Source: Camelus dromedarius (taxonomy: Eukaryota). From it: 64,000 nt of DNA. The stretch is taken from NCBI RefSeq assembly GCF_036321535.1, contig NC_087436.1:47618001-47682000 (forward strand), given 5' to 3'. Every line of letters begins with the position of its first letter. The stretch's first letter is position 1. Below the pieces are notes generated by a model. That model was not told where the DNA came from, did not search any database, and was given only the letters and a program-made list of their open reading frames with translations. Below are positions 10,821 through 24,046 of this stretch, in pieces. A program made the position numbers and the translations under genes.

Positions 10821-12958
10821 ATAATTGTAATATTGGAGGATTTTCAGGATTCTTTCTGTAATTAGGGGTTCTTATGGCCTTAATTTTTTAACCATAATAT
10901 TTAAAAAAATAGATGATAAGTTCAACTATAAATTTTACTGTCAAATATCTTATTCCTGATAGTCTCATGCAAAATTAAAGGTAGAAATTACTCATATTTT
11001 GATGTTATTATAGTCCACTGCTTCATCATTCTTTATTGATCTCTTCAGATATTTATAATGACACCTAACATTATTTAGTGATTAGAGTTAAATGAGATCC
11101 TATACTTTCTTCCTTCAACAAATTTAGCTTTCTAACTCAGAGCATACTTTCATAGGCATAATTTTTCAGCCTGCACATGTTTGGCATACATAGTGTTCTT
11201 TTCACTCCCAGAGCAATCCTGACACACAGCAGTGTTTTAGGGATGCCCACTTCAGATGGGACGTAATTTCTTCGGTTTGTCCTTCTCATAATAACTCCAC
11301 ATTCTATTCATTAATGTTCAGTTAATTCATTCAGCAGGTATTTATTGTGTTCTTAGACCTGGCCTCTTCATTCCTTTTTGTTACATGCTTGATCCCTAGA
11401 GTGAGAAAGGGAGCTAGAAATAGGGAGAGTGAGACTGTTTCAGATGACCGAAATGTAGTCCTTTTATAGGTTTACACATGGTTTTTATAGTTTTCATTTC
11501 AGATTGTGGATTTAAGAACCTTAATTCCTAAGAAGAACCAAGCAGCTGTATTCATCTTAACTCAGTGCTCATGTCCCCAAATGACTGGAAGTGAACAGAG
11601 GGACAGATAAACCTGCATTCTTCAACTACAGAAAATAGAAGAAAAATTGGATCAAAAAGGCAACTTTCTATGGAAAAAGAGACTGGACAGTTAAAAAATC
11701 TGGACAGTCTCTTTTTCTCTTCCATCAACCAGACACAAAAACTTGCTGTTCCTTTAATTTATTACTTTGTCGGCAAGACATTTGTTTAGAGAAAAACCTT
11801 CTAGTATCATCGCCGGTGATTTGCTACACATAAAAATTACCACATAGAATATAGATTCCCTTTTAATGGTTATAAATAGGCAATGTGTAAAAGGAAAGTA
11901 TGTGAAAAGATATAAAGCTACTTTATTTTACATTTATCTTGGAAGAAGAAGAAAATAGGAAAGCTCAGAAAAATTTTTTTCTTAGATTGTTCATTTCTTT
12001 CTCCATTAATTCGTTTTTCCTTTGAGCAACGTGGATACTCTGCATTGTGAAACATACTGTATTTGGAGAAGCAGTATTATAGGTTGGACCATCTGGTGGG
12101 AGAACTTGTTCCTTTTTGTAAAAGACCATGCCTGTGTGTTATGACATCATTCCTTATAAAGGTAGAGATAGATTATTGTGCACATATAACATAATGAATT
12201 TATATGAGATATAGTGACTATCCCATGAGTGAGGGAACAAGACATAATTTGGAGTTGGAGCCTAGAGTGATTTATGAAGGTCATTGTCTTACAAGTTCAG
12301 ATGCTTTCCATATGGCGTCGGAGAAACCCCCTTATGTACTGTATGTATAAAACATATGTAGCAAATTAGTTTCACTTACATTTTTTTCCCTAAATATGTT
12401 TTGGGTTAAAAATGACAATGTCTTTTGTTTATCTGGTCCATAAAGTGCTATACCTTTTTTTTTTTTTCTTAGAGAGGGGTTGTTTGTTAATGAGAACTGA
12501 GGGTTTTTAAATGAGACTGACAGAATTGAGTGTGGGCCCTTTTGACACTGGGCCTTGCTGTGGCTTGGGTGCCAGAGTCTCCCATCTCATTGGATTTATG
12601 GCTTAACTTCTGTATCACGCTTAACTTGAGTGTGCTCAGCAGTGTGACCTTGTCTAGAGGACAAGAGGAAGAGGAAAAATGGATTGTTCATTTTCCAGCT
12701 GTAGTGTATTGTATTTCCATCTAATTGCATTTTCAAATAGATGTGAAGATGCAACTACTTCCACTTAAAAGGAAATTGCTCTACTTAAAGAAAAATGAAG
12801 AATGGATTAGGAGTAATAATCAAAATTGAAAATATTTCATACCTAAAATAAGCTTTTGTTTGGCCTAGGCAGCAATCCCATTGATGGATTTTTTTTTTTT
12901 TTTGCATTACTGTTTTAGTTGTGAAGACTTAAAGTGTTCATGCTCTTAGTCTCTAGTC

Positions 12959-13180
12959 CAGTATTTCTAAACCTTCAGAAATTGTCTAATTTTATAAAAT
13001 TACCCCACTAAAATCTATAATGTACACATTCTATTTTAACACTAAAAAGTATGGGTGGTTTTCCAAATTTAATTTCATGTTTTATTTGAAAAAAATTATA
13101 ACACAGTTTAAAAATCTGGAAAAAAAATAAAAATCTGGAAACTCACTGAGATATGACAAAACCAAGTTTGGAAATCATTG
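12959..13180. mobile_element. hAT-Charlie-like MITE remnant
   Basis: Imperfect TIRs 'cagtatttctaaac' and 'gtttggaaatcattg'. Left flank 'ctctagtc' fits the Charlie target preference. Confidence 0.45.
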
Positions 13181-15029
13181 GAACTTTAACCCCAAATCAA
13201 GAGACTACCTAAACATTTTTGTAGGAGAAGAGTTTCTTTTGTTATTAAACACATGTCTAGCTGGATATATGTAGTTGATCTATATCTCATTTATGGTATC
13301 TATCAGAACTGAAATATTTAGCTGAAATTATTGAAATTTTTACAGTTGTACAGTCTAAGACACCTTACAATTGTGTAACAATTATTCTTTGATTTGAAAA
13401 TCCTGATAATGTGCATTTGAAAAATATTCTTAGAAGATAAAAATAAAACCTAGGAATATATGACTTTCTTTTTCGTTGAGCTAGAGCAAAGTATGTAGAA
13501 AATCATAAACTAGGGTGAGGGCAAAATTAGGATTCGAACACAGAGCTTTTTATTTTTTGATCTCCAGACATAATTTATAATGAATATGTATCTGTGTATG
13601 CATATATATTTGTATATGCACATACATTCAAATTCAACAATAATATTAAATTATCATTAGGTGATTGAAATATGTCACTTCATCTTGGCAAGTGTTTACA
13701 GACTCCAATCCAGTGCCACCAAAGGCTGAAAATTGTACCTTAGTTTCTTTGAAACGTTCAGTGTCTGTGCACCAGAATGTGTGAGGTATCAATTTATCTC
13801 TGGAGAAAGAAACAATTCTTCCAGTGAAGTTTTAACAATTGTTTTGACAACTAGATTCCTAGATAATGCTTTCCTGATAGATAAAGAAGGGGTGCTGTTC
13901 TTTGAAACTGTCCATTTAGCTCTTGCAGAATCAGTATGACTTGTTTGCTATAGTGAAATTTTCCCTCCATGTAAGCAGGCAAATTTTGATCTCAGTATAA
14001 ATCTTCCTCTCTTTGTTCATTCTTCTTCTAGCAGACATCTCATACAGCTGTGCACTGTATCTCCACTGCAAAGTTATTTGCAGCTACAGTAGTATGATTT
14101 CAGGTGTAAGAAAGTAGTACAGTAGCAGGTCCTCTGGATATCTTTCTCCTTGTTCTCAGTGTTGTAGCTGTGTATGTGCCACATTCCTTAATTGATTTCC
14201 ATGGGATCCTGATTGGTTTTGTGAAGTCTGAACATCTGCTAGAGTCATGAATGGCTTTGGGGATGAGCTCATCAGCAGGTAGGTCAACTAACTACTCAGC
14301 CCAGCTGTCATCAGCCAGATTCACTACCGTTGCCCCATTGAGAATTGCTAATGTGTCTCAGTGGACATGAGATTGGATAGTCAGCCAAAGAGCTAATTTC
14401 CTCCTATCTTGGGTTGGGGGTGGGGATGAGAATGGGGAAGGAGAAATGTGAAAAGCAACATTTTGAGATCTGTTTGAATTGCTCACACCATGATGTGTAA
14501 AACAAAACAAACAAACAACAGCAGCAAAAAGTAGAGATCAGTAAGCCTTAACTCATTTAGCCAGAGGCAGGACTCACTAGACCTTGAGGGAGGGTGTCAG
14601 CTTAGATTCTATTCCTTTCTTTGACCATTTGTTCTCAAACTATGAATGCTGGTGGCCCACTCAATATGGTTTATCACTTAAAGTTAAGAAAGGTTCTTTT
14701 CCCTAATTCACAAATCTAAAAAAAAGTAATAAAAGGAAAATTTGTGAAACAAACTGATATCATGACTAGAATCTTCTCAATATTACTGTTTTATCCCATA
14801 ACTTTATCTTAAATGCTTTTAATTAGGCCTACATTTATCAAACAGTACTATTTGGCAGGCAGAGTGCTAGGTTGTAAATATGTCCGTGAATCATACACAA
14901 CTCATGTCCTTGATGATCTTCCAGTCCAATGGAACAGAGATAAACAAATAATTTCATTTTTAGGGGAAAGCAGTAGTAGATGAACAAATGACTATGAATT
15001 GAAAATTTTTGAAATTGTATTTTCTTTTC

Positions 15030-15190
15030 CCTTTCTTCATTGCAGTACTATTTTTAATAATGATAAGTAAGAGACAACCTCAATAAAGAATGGTTAGCTA
15101 AAATATGCTACATTTCATAAGAAATACTATGCAGCCCTTACAAAGATCAGAGCACATCTGTATGTTCTAAGCTGAACAATGTCTGTCAAC
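15030..15190 (+). mobile_element. Old L1ME-like 3' UTR fragment
   Basis: 'ttcattgcagtactattttta...gaatggttagctaaaatatgctacat...gaaatactatgcagcc'. Confidence 0.55.
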
Positions 15191-15217
15191 CAAAGGATGG
15201 GCAATAGACTGAGTTTT

Positions 15218-15305
15218 TTCTTTACCATTAGAGTTTATTGCAAGATCTTGAATATAGTTCCCTGTACTATACAGGGAATAAGTAGAAACTTTTTGTTTAC
15301 CTATG
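15218..15305 (-). mobile_element. Short L1 3' UTR fragment lacking the poly-A tail
   Basis: 'ttattgcaagatcttgaatatagttccctgtactatacag' is near-identical to segments of the L1 3' ends at 6128-6300 and ~51420. Confidence 0.75.
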
Positions 15306-15439
15306 AAATGAGATTTTCTTAAATGGTTTTGAAGATGCAGTTATTTACATACATGGGGCATAAACTGTCTTTTCCATTAATCAATATTTTCCTAGTTTTT
15401 GTGATGAAACTAAATGATGATAGAGGGGGAAGTGTACCA

Positions 15440-15590
15440 GCTTTAAAGCTGGTCTTAAATCTCAGTTCATGAGCAGAGTGAATTTCTGAGCTTTAGCTTC
15501 TTCATCTGCATTGCTGAAGTGATAACACTTTTTGTGCAGGATTGTTGAGAGAGAGTGTGTGTATGTGGAAAGTGTCAGCATCTGCCTGCA
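15440..15590 (+). mobile_element. MIR fragment
   Basis: 'tctgagctttagcttcttcatctgcat...gataacac...caggattgttgagaga...gtatgtggaaagtg'. Confidence 0.6.
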
Positions 15591-16971
15591 GATGTGGGAA
15601 GCTTCTTCATTACATCTCAAATGTGTTACAGCACATTTTTGGATATTCTGGTGATAGGGAACAAATTTTCTGGTGACAAAATAGTAATGGCTAGAAATAA
15701 ACAGGGACTCAAATTATTATGGATGGAGGCATAATGTGGGGCTATTTTATTGCTGGAGAGTTTACCAGCTTTCAACTAAAAAGTTCTCCAACTTGTGGTA
15801 ATTGATATATCACTATTCTGTCCTCATAATTACTTTGTCAATGTGTATTTCCTCATGATATTATAGAATGAGTTATAAAGCACTATAGGAGTCACCTAGT
15901 GCTGCCTCCTTTATTTTGCAGTTGGGAAATGGAGGCCCCAGTCTTTCTGTTAATTAATGATATACCCAGGAGAACTCAGATGTGTTGAGATCAGAGATCT
16001 TTTCTCTATCCCACCAGGTCACTTAACTGTGCTTCCTGAAGGTGACTTACTGCAAAATGTTTTTGTATGCACATGGTACCTTGCATATTAGGCTTCTAGG
16101 TGGCAATGATAATTATTATTACTATGATTGGTCACTCTATTTATATTCCCTTTTACAGGAACCTATTTTCTCTGTTTTTAAAGTCAGTGTCAAATATTTG
16201 ACAGATATTTTCCAGAGTGGCCTCTATTGCTCACTTAGACTGAAAACATTAATGCTTGAAAAAACACTGTTCATTTTTTCAGTAGACTCATTTCCCACTC
16301 CCCTCCCCTGCCCCCCAAAGCTGGCTTTGTTTCTTCTAAGTCCTAAACTTTTAAAAGCTGTGCTTTTTCATTTGTTGTATGTTAATATTTTCAAAAATGT
16401 TCATTAAATGGATCAATTTCCCACCCTTTTCAATACTGGAAAACAAAACAAGTTGAATCATTTCAGAAGCAAGCAGTCTACAGGGATAATATAAACATAA
16501 TGCTTTTTCTGCATGTAATTTAAAAACTTGAGGGCCATATCATTTTATGAATTCTGTAGTGGCTGGTGAAATACCACTAGGGAAGCAAAGTTTGTTACAT
16601 AGAAATGCAAATATAATTTTTATGGCTTCAAATCCCTCAGCTTTGAAGAATATATTATGAAAGTGACCCAATGATCCAAAGACTGGAATTTTTATACTAG
16701 GTTGTCAGGTTATAAATAAAATACCCTATTGTATAATACAAAAATATTTTAAGATTTATTTCTCTTAAAATACACAATAAACCTGTACCAATATATGATA
16801 TGAATTCCCTCACAACATATATTATTGCTAAATAATTAAACATGTTTTGGTATTTAGAGTTTGTACCCTCAGCATTTCAAAGCACCTCATTGCCAAGATG
16901 TAGCTGCTAATTAATCATTCCTTGAGGGACAAACACTCATCTAGAAATTGCCTCAGAAATCATTTAGGAGG

Positions 16972-17428
16972 GTTTGGAATAGGATGCTAGAGTGAGAAGA
17001 CAGTGGACCCCACCTCCCTACCATGAACACATGAAAAATACATCTACATGTGGAACAATTCTCACTGAAAACGAACTGGAAACTGGCAAAGGACTTCTGT
17101 ACAACCAAGGTGATAAGAAATGTAGACATATAATCAGGTAGGAAGGGAAGAAAAGTGATTGGGTATGGACCTGTGCCCCTGGGAGGGGACTCAGAGAAAA
17201 AGGGAAAACATACAGGTGGACACCAACTCTGGTGAGTGAGTGGTTCAACCCACAGATTGAGTGCCCCAGTCCTGGGGTGCTACACAAGGGAGACAACCCC
17301 CCCTTGGCTGGCTGGAGGACTGCTGAGACTAACAGAAGGGCTGTGGGAAGCCTGGACTCCACTTGTGGGGAGCATGCATGTGCTGGTTTGCCCCCAAGGT
17401 GTGAGGTCTGCTCTATCAGCTGCTGGGT
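16972..17428 (+). mobile_element. L1 5' UTR fragment in sense orientation (laurasiatherian type)
   Basis: GC-richer block 'gatgctagagtgagaagacagtggaccccacctccc...aaaaatacatctacatgtggaacaattctcactgaaaacgaactggaaactggc...ggacctgtgcccctgggagggg', as recalled for cetartiodactyl/carnivore L1 5' ends. Confidence 0.75.
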
Positions 17429-20400
17429 TTCCTTACTCTAGGAGCTGGTTCAAAAAAAAATACTGCTGCAATTTATGTCAAAGAGTGTTCTCCCTATGTT
17501 TTCCTTGAGGAGTTTTATAGTATCTAGTCTTGCATTTAGGTATTTAATCCATTTTGAGTTTATTTTTGTATACAGTGTTAGAGAATGTTCTAATTTCATT
17601 ATTTTACAGGGAGCTGTCCAAGTTTCCCAGCACCATTTGTTGAAGAAACTGTCTTTTCTCGATTGTATGTTCTTGCCTCTTTTGTCATAGATTAATTGAC
17701 CATAAGTGCATGGTTTTATTTCTGGACTTTGTATCCTGTTTCATTGATCTATGTGTCTGTTTTTGTGCTAGTACCATACTGTTTTGATTACTGTAGCTTT
17801 GTGGTATAGTGTGAGACCTGTGATTATGATTCCCTCAGCTCCGTTCTTCTTTCTTTAGATTGTTTTGGCTATCCAGGGTCTGTTATGTTTCCATAAAAAT
17901 TTTAACTTTTTATTTTTGTTCCAGTTCTGTGAAAAATGTTACTGGTAATTTGATAGGGATTGCATTGAATCTGTATATTGCCTTGGGTAGTTTGCCCATT
18001 TAACAATATTGATTCTTCCAATCTGAGAACACAGTATATCTTTCCATCTGTTCATGTCATCTTCAGTTTCTTTCATCAGTGTCTTACAGTTTTCAGTGTA
18101 CAGGTCCTTTGATTTGCCTCCTTAGGTAGGTTTAACCTAGGTATTTTATTCTTTTTGATGTGATGGTAAATGGGATTGTTTCCTTAATTTCTTTTTCTGC
18201 TATTTCATTGTTAGTGTGTAGAAATGCAACTGATTTCTGTATATTAATTTTGTATCCTGCAACTTTACCAAATTCATTGATGAGTTCTAGTAGTTTTCTG
18301 GTAATATCTTTAGGATTTTTTAATGTATAGTATCATGTCATCTGCAAACAGTGACAGTTTACTTCTTCTTTTCCAATTTGGATTCCTTTTATTTCTATTT
18401 CTTCTTTGATTGCTGTGGCAAGGACTTCCAAAACTATGTTGAATGAAAGTGGTGAGAGTGAGCATCCTTATCTTGTTCCTGATCTTAGAGGAAATGCTTT
18501 CAGATTTTCACCACTGAGTATGATGTTAACTCTGGGTTTGTCATATATGGCCTTCATTATGTTGAGGTATGTTCCATCTATGTCCACTTTCTGGAGAGTT
18601 TTTAATCATAAGTGGATGCTGAATTTTGTCAAAAGATTTTCCTGCATTTATTGAGATGACTATATGCCTTTTATTCTTCAATTTGTTAATATCACATTGA
18701 TTTGTGGATGTTGGAAAATCCTTGCATCCCTGGGATAAATCCCACTTGATCATGGTGTATGATCCTTTTAATGCATTGTTGGAGTCAATTGCTAGTAGTT
18801 TGTTGAGGATTTTTGCATCTATAGTCATAAGTGATATTAGCCTGTAATTTTATTTTTTTGTGATATCTTTGTCTGGTTTTGCTATCAGGGTGATGGTGGC
18901 CTCATAGAAAGAGTTTAGAAGTGTTCTTTCCTCTGCAATTTTTGGAGTAGTTCAGAAGGATAGGTGTTAACCCTTCTTCAAATGTTTGGTACAATTCACC
19001 TGTGAAGCCATCTGGTCCTGGGCTTTTGTTTGTTGGGAGTTTTTAAATTACTGATTCAATATAAGTACTGGTAATTGATATAGTCATATTTTCTATTTCT
19101 TCCTGGTTCAGCCTTGGCAAATTGTACCTTTTTAACAAATTGTCTATTTCTTGAAGGTTATCCTTTTTGTTGGCAAATAGTTGCTAATAGTAGCCTCTTA
19201 TGATCCCTTGTATTTCTGTGGTGTTGTTTGTAACTTCTCCTTTCTCATTTCTGATTTTATTAATTTGGGCCCCCTCTCTTTTTTCCTTGATGAGTCCAAC
19301 TAAAGTTTTATCAATCTTATTTATCTTTTCAAAGAACCAGCTTTTAGTTTCATTGATCTTTTCTATTGCCCTTTTTAGTCTCTACTTCATTTACTTCTGC
19401 TCTAATCTTTATGATTTCCTTTCTTCTACTAACCTTGTTTTGTTTTTGTTTTTGTTTTTTTTTTGTTGTTTTTGTTCTTTCTCTAGTTGCTTAAAGTGAA
19501 AGGTTACATTGTTTGAGATTTTTCTTGTTTCCTGAGGTAAGCTTGTATCACTATAAACTTCCCTCTAAGAACTGCTTTTGCTGTGTCCCAGAGGTTTTGG
19601 ATCGTGTTTTCGTTTTCATTTGTCTCTAAGTATTTTTTGATTTCACCTTTGATTTCTTTAATATCCATTGGTTGTTTAGTAGCATTTTGTTTAGCCTCCA
19701 CATGTTTGCAGTTTTTGCAGATTTTTCTTGTAGTTTATTTCTAATCTCATAGCATTGTGGTTGGAAAAGATGCTTGATAATCAGATTTCAGTTTTCTTAA
19801 ATTTACCAAGGCTTGCTTTGTGGGCCAGCATGTGATTGATTCTGGAGAATGTTCCATGTGCACTAGAGAAAAATGGGGATTCTCCTGATTTTGGATGGAA
19901 TGCTTTATAAATATCAGTAAAGTCCATCTGGCCTAATGTGTCATTTAAGGCCTGTATTTCCTTACTGATTTTTTTTCTGGATAATCTGTCCATTGATATA
20001 AGTGGGGTGCTAAGGTCTCCCACTATTATTGTGTTATTGTTGATTTCTCCTTTGATGTCTCTTAACAGTTGCCTTATTTATAGAAGTGCTTCTGTGTTGG
20101 GTGGATATATGTTTAAAACTGCTACATCTTCTTGGATTGATCCCTTGAGCATTATGTAGTATCCTTCTTTGTCTCTTGTAACAGTGTTTATTTTAAAATC
20201 TATTTTGTCTGATGTAAGTATTGCTACTCCAGCTTTCTTTAGGTTTCCATTTGCATAAAATATAATTTCTATCCCCTCACTTTCAGTCTGTATGTGTCTC
20301 TAGCTCTGAAGTGAGTCTTCTGTAGACAGCATATATTCGGATCTTGTTTTTGTATCCATTCAGCCAGTCTGTGTCTTTTGGTTGGAACATTTAATCCATT

Positions 20401-20442
20401 TACATTTAAGGTAATTATTGATACGTATGTTTTTATTGCCAT
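17429..20442 (-). pseudogene. Disrupted L1 ORF2 (APE endonuclease plus reverse transcriptase)
   Basis: ATG at 20442 (MAIKTYVSIITLNVNGLN). ORF-track fragments [42 protein letters not shown] and [18 protein letters not shown] motif at ~18331-18351. Multiple frameshifts and stops. Confidence 0.92.
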
Positions 20443-22631
20443 TTTGTTAATTGTTTTGGATTTATTTTTGTAGGTCTTTTTTTTCTTTTACTTCTTTTTA
20501 TTCTCTTGTCTTGAGGTTTGATGACTATAGAGTTACATTTGGATTTCGCTTTCTTTTTTGTGGGTACATCTATTATAGATTTTTGGTTTGCAGTTACCTT
20601 GAGGTTTTGGTATAGAAATCTATATATATATACATGACTATTTTAAGTTGCTGAGCTCTTCATTTCAAATGCATTTTAGATACCCTGCATTTGTACCCTC
20701 CTCCTCTCATGACTATTTTCTTATTTCTAGTTGTTGGCCTTTTCTTTTTTATCTAGAAAACTTCCTTTAACATTTGTTGTAAAGCTGGTTTGGTGGTGCT
20801 GAATTCTTTTAGCTTTTGCTTATCTGTGAAGCTTTTGATTTCTCCATCAAATCTGAGTGAGAGCCTTGCTGGGTAGTATATTCTTGGTTATAGGTTTTTT
20901 TACTTTCATCACTTTAAATATATCATGTCACTTCCTTCTGGCCTGTAGAGTTTCTGCTGAAAAATGAACTGATAGCCTTATGGGAGTTCCCTTGTATGCT
21001 ATTTGTTGCTTTTCTGTTGCTGATTTTAGTATTTTCTCCTTATCTTTAATTTTTGTCATTTTGATTACAATGTGCTTCAGTATGTTCCTCTTTGGGTTAA
21101 ACCTCTGTAGGTGTCTTTGTGCTTCCTGGCCTGGGCAACTGTTTCCTTTCCCAAGTTAGGGAAGTTTTCAGCTATTATCTCTTAAAATATTTTCTCAGGT
21201 CCCTTTTCTTTTTCTTCTCTTTTTGGGCCCCCAATATTGCAAATATTAGTAAGCTTCTTGTTTTTCCAGAGGTCTTTTAAACTATCCTCATTTCTTTTTC
21301 TGTTTTTCTGTTCTGTTTTTTTTTTCTTCCTGTTCTGATTTCCACTACTCTGTCTTCTAGCTCACTGGTTTGTTCTTCTGCCTCATTTAATCTATTCCTT
21401 GTTCCTTCTCATGTGTTACTCATTTCAGTGATTGTATTCTTCAACTCTGGGTATTCTTTATATTTCCTAAGTATTTGCTAAAAACTTTGCTCTGTGCATC
21501 CATTCTCCCCCCAAGTTCTCTGATCATCTTCACAATCATTACTCTAAACTCTTTCTCAGGTAGATTGCCTATTTCCTCATCATTTATTTCTTCTTCTGGG
21601 ATTATATCTTGTGCCTTTGCCTAGAACATAGTCTTATGACACCTAATTTTGTCTAGATTTCTATTTGTATTTTTTTGTAGATTAGTTACATTTCTTAACT
21701 TTGGAGAATTGGCCCTGTGTATAGGATGTCCTATGCTTCTCAGCAGTGCATTTCTCTCTTGTCACTCAAGGGCCAGGGGTCAGCTGGACCCAGGGTAGAG
21801 TCTGGTCTGCATATGCAGACTTCTTCCACAGGCTGTGAGATTGTTGGTTTCTTACTTCTGGTGTCTGTCCCCTGGTGGGTGAGCCTGGACTAGAGCTTGC
21901 CATGTTTCCTGGCAGGAGGAGTCTGTGTCTGCTCACTGCTGGGTGCAGCTTGGTCCTGGCCCTCTGGTGGGCAGGGCCATGTCTAGGGGCATATGTAGAG
22001 GAAGCTGTGGGCTCAGGAAGTCTGATGATGGGTGGGGCTGAGTTCCCACCAAGTGTGTTCTTTGGCCTGAGGCTTCCCAACATATAAACCCACAGGCTGT
22101 TGGAGGGGGCTAGGTCTTGGTGCTAATGACCCAAGCAAGATGTAAGCCTCCAGGAAAGCTCATGTAGATGAACACTCCCCAAATGCCTGTCACCAACTTT
22201 TATGTCCCCAGGGTGAGCCTCAGCCACCCACCCATCTCCCCAGTAGACCTTCCAAAACCGGCAGGCAGGTATGGCCTAGGTTCCTATGAAATCACTGCCT
22301 CTGCCCTTGGTCCCAGTGCACATGAGATTCTGCATGTGTTTCCCAAGAGAGTGAAGGCCCTGTTTACCTTAGTCCCATTGAGCTCCTGCAATTAAGCCCC
22401 ACTGGACTTCAAAACCAGATATTCTGGGGGCTCCTCCTCCCAATGCTGGAACCCTGGGCTGATGAGCCTGATGTGGGGCTCACAATTCTCACTGCTGTGG
22501 GAGGGCCTCTGCAATATAAATTTTCTTCAGCTTTTGGGATGCCCAATTTTATCATCAACATGTTCCTGCTGTCCCACTGTGGTTCCCTCTTTATGTTTCC
22601 AGTTGAAGATCTTTTATGCTGGGTTCCAGTG

Positions 22632-22673
22632 TTTTTGTTTTTGTTTTTGTTTTTGTTTTTGTTTTTGTTTTTT
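22632..22673. repeat. (TTTTTG)n simple repeat inside the L1 5' UTR
   Basis: Read directly from the sequence. Confidence 0.9.
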
Positions 22674-23169
22674 GATGGCTTTTTAACAGTCAGTTATGGT
22701 TTTGCTGTTATTGTGAGAGGTGGCACGACGAGCTTGTGGATCCACTACTCCACCATCTCAACCAGAAATCAGGAATCTGTTCTAGGTGAAAGAGTATTTG
22801 TTAAAGCAGCTTGAATTAATTAAGTCTCATGTTGGCCTTATTTATTTGCTTTCTGGTCTACATGCCCCTCTCCTCTCAATTCAGTATTGGCTACCTTAAA
22901 AGTTAACTGGTTTGAATGGGAGGACCACACCTTTAATTTGGTATTTCCCTTGAGTCACTTCATTCGACAAAGAAATTTTACTGTAATTTTCCTTCAAAGT
23001 CTTTTTTAAGTGCCACATCTTACTGTGTTTAGGAAATAATTTGAGAGTGCAGTTATTGGTATACAGAACATGGAACTGACTGGAAGCAAAGTGATTAGAA
23101 GTCTACTGAATATTTAAGGTAGTTAATTCCCTCTAACAACACAACACTAGATTAGAAATCCTTTGACTG

Positions 23170-24020
23170 ATCTTGACAGTGCAAATGTTGGACCCAAAAT
23201 TTTCATGAGTGCATTCAATTATTTAAGAGCCTTTACAGAGGACGTGCTCCTCAACACCCACTTTAGATCGGTATCCTCCCAGAGGGCAGAGCCGAGGGCC
23301 AAGGAGAACTGTGAATGAGGGAGTTCCTTACAGAGAAAAGAATTGGGATTAAATCAATAAACTCCCCCCCCCCCCCCGCCCCAGAGTAGAGAGCCAGTAC
23401 AACCATATGGCTCCCATTCTTCCTTTTTCTGGATGGGATGTTTACTTAAGTTATCCTGTCCCTGTTCCACCACTGAATATATTGAATATATGTGGGGAAG
23501 GGAGGAACAGAAAACACATCATTTTAGTCAACTGGACAGCAAACAATAAGGAAAACTTTTACAGACCTGATGTAGTGGATTGAGTATCACCTGAACTCTT
23601 GGACCTGAAATCTATGACTAGAGAGGATTTGGGGTTGTCCTTCTAGGGGGTGGGTACATGTGATCTATATGTGATAAAAATGGCTATTTGGTGACCAAAT
23701 AGTGGACTATGGCAGAGACTGGCAAAGTACCAATTTGCTTTTATCTTCTTGTATGAACAATAAAATTAGATTTTTCATTTTCCTTTATATTTAGAAGTTG
23801 GAGGCATGAGTCATGTGACTAGATATGGTATGGACAATGGTATGTGGGTGGAAATGATTAATGCCAGTTCCAGGCTTGGCTTTAAAAATGTGTTGTGCAA
23901 TATGCCACACCATCTTGTTTCATAAAGTTGCTGATTGGATGGATGAAGTGGTGGATTCCAAGAAGACTCTGGGGGATAGTGGATCCACATGGTGGAATAG
24001 GTCAGCCAAGAGTATGTCCC
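23170..24020 (+). mobile_element. MaLR internal 3' segment plus MLT1J-like LTR (LTR from ~23708)
   Basis: Internal-to-LTR junction 'ccaaatagtggac|tatggcagagactgg'. LTR motif 'catgtgactaga...caatggtatgtgggtggaaatgattaatgccagttccaggcttggc'. Confidence 0.6.
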
Positions 24021-24046
24021 TCAAGCTGAGTAGTTATACAATGTGA

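Larger units (their letters stand above)
17429..22770 (-). mobile_element. L1 element with 5' UTR, ORF1 and most of ORF2; 3' end missing
   Basis: 5' end on the minus strand 'gagatggtggagtagtgga' at ~22760. 5' UTR ~21700-22770, ORF1 remnants ~20720-21660, ORF2 start at 20442. Confidence 0.93.

Noticed and set aside
15575..15600. Partial similarity to the miR-216b reverse complement
   Set aside because: Several mismatches, no precursor hairpin, and it sits at the edge of a MIR.
17429..20442. Reverse transcriptase as a novel retron/DGR/RT system
   Set aside because: The motifs are canonical LINE-1 endonuclease and RT, and the frame is broken many times. The context is mammalian.
22443..22814. 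ORFs with FLFLFL / FCFCFC repeats
   Set aside because: These are translations of a (TTTTTG)n microsatellite in the antisense L1 5' UTR.
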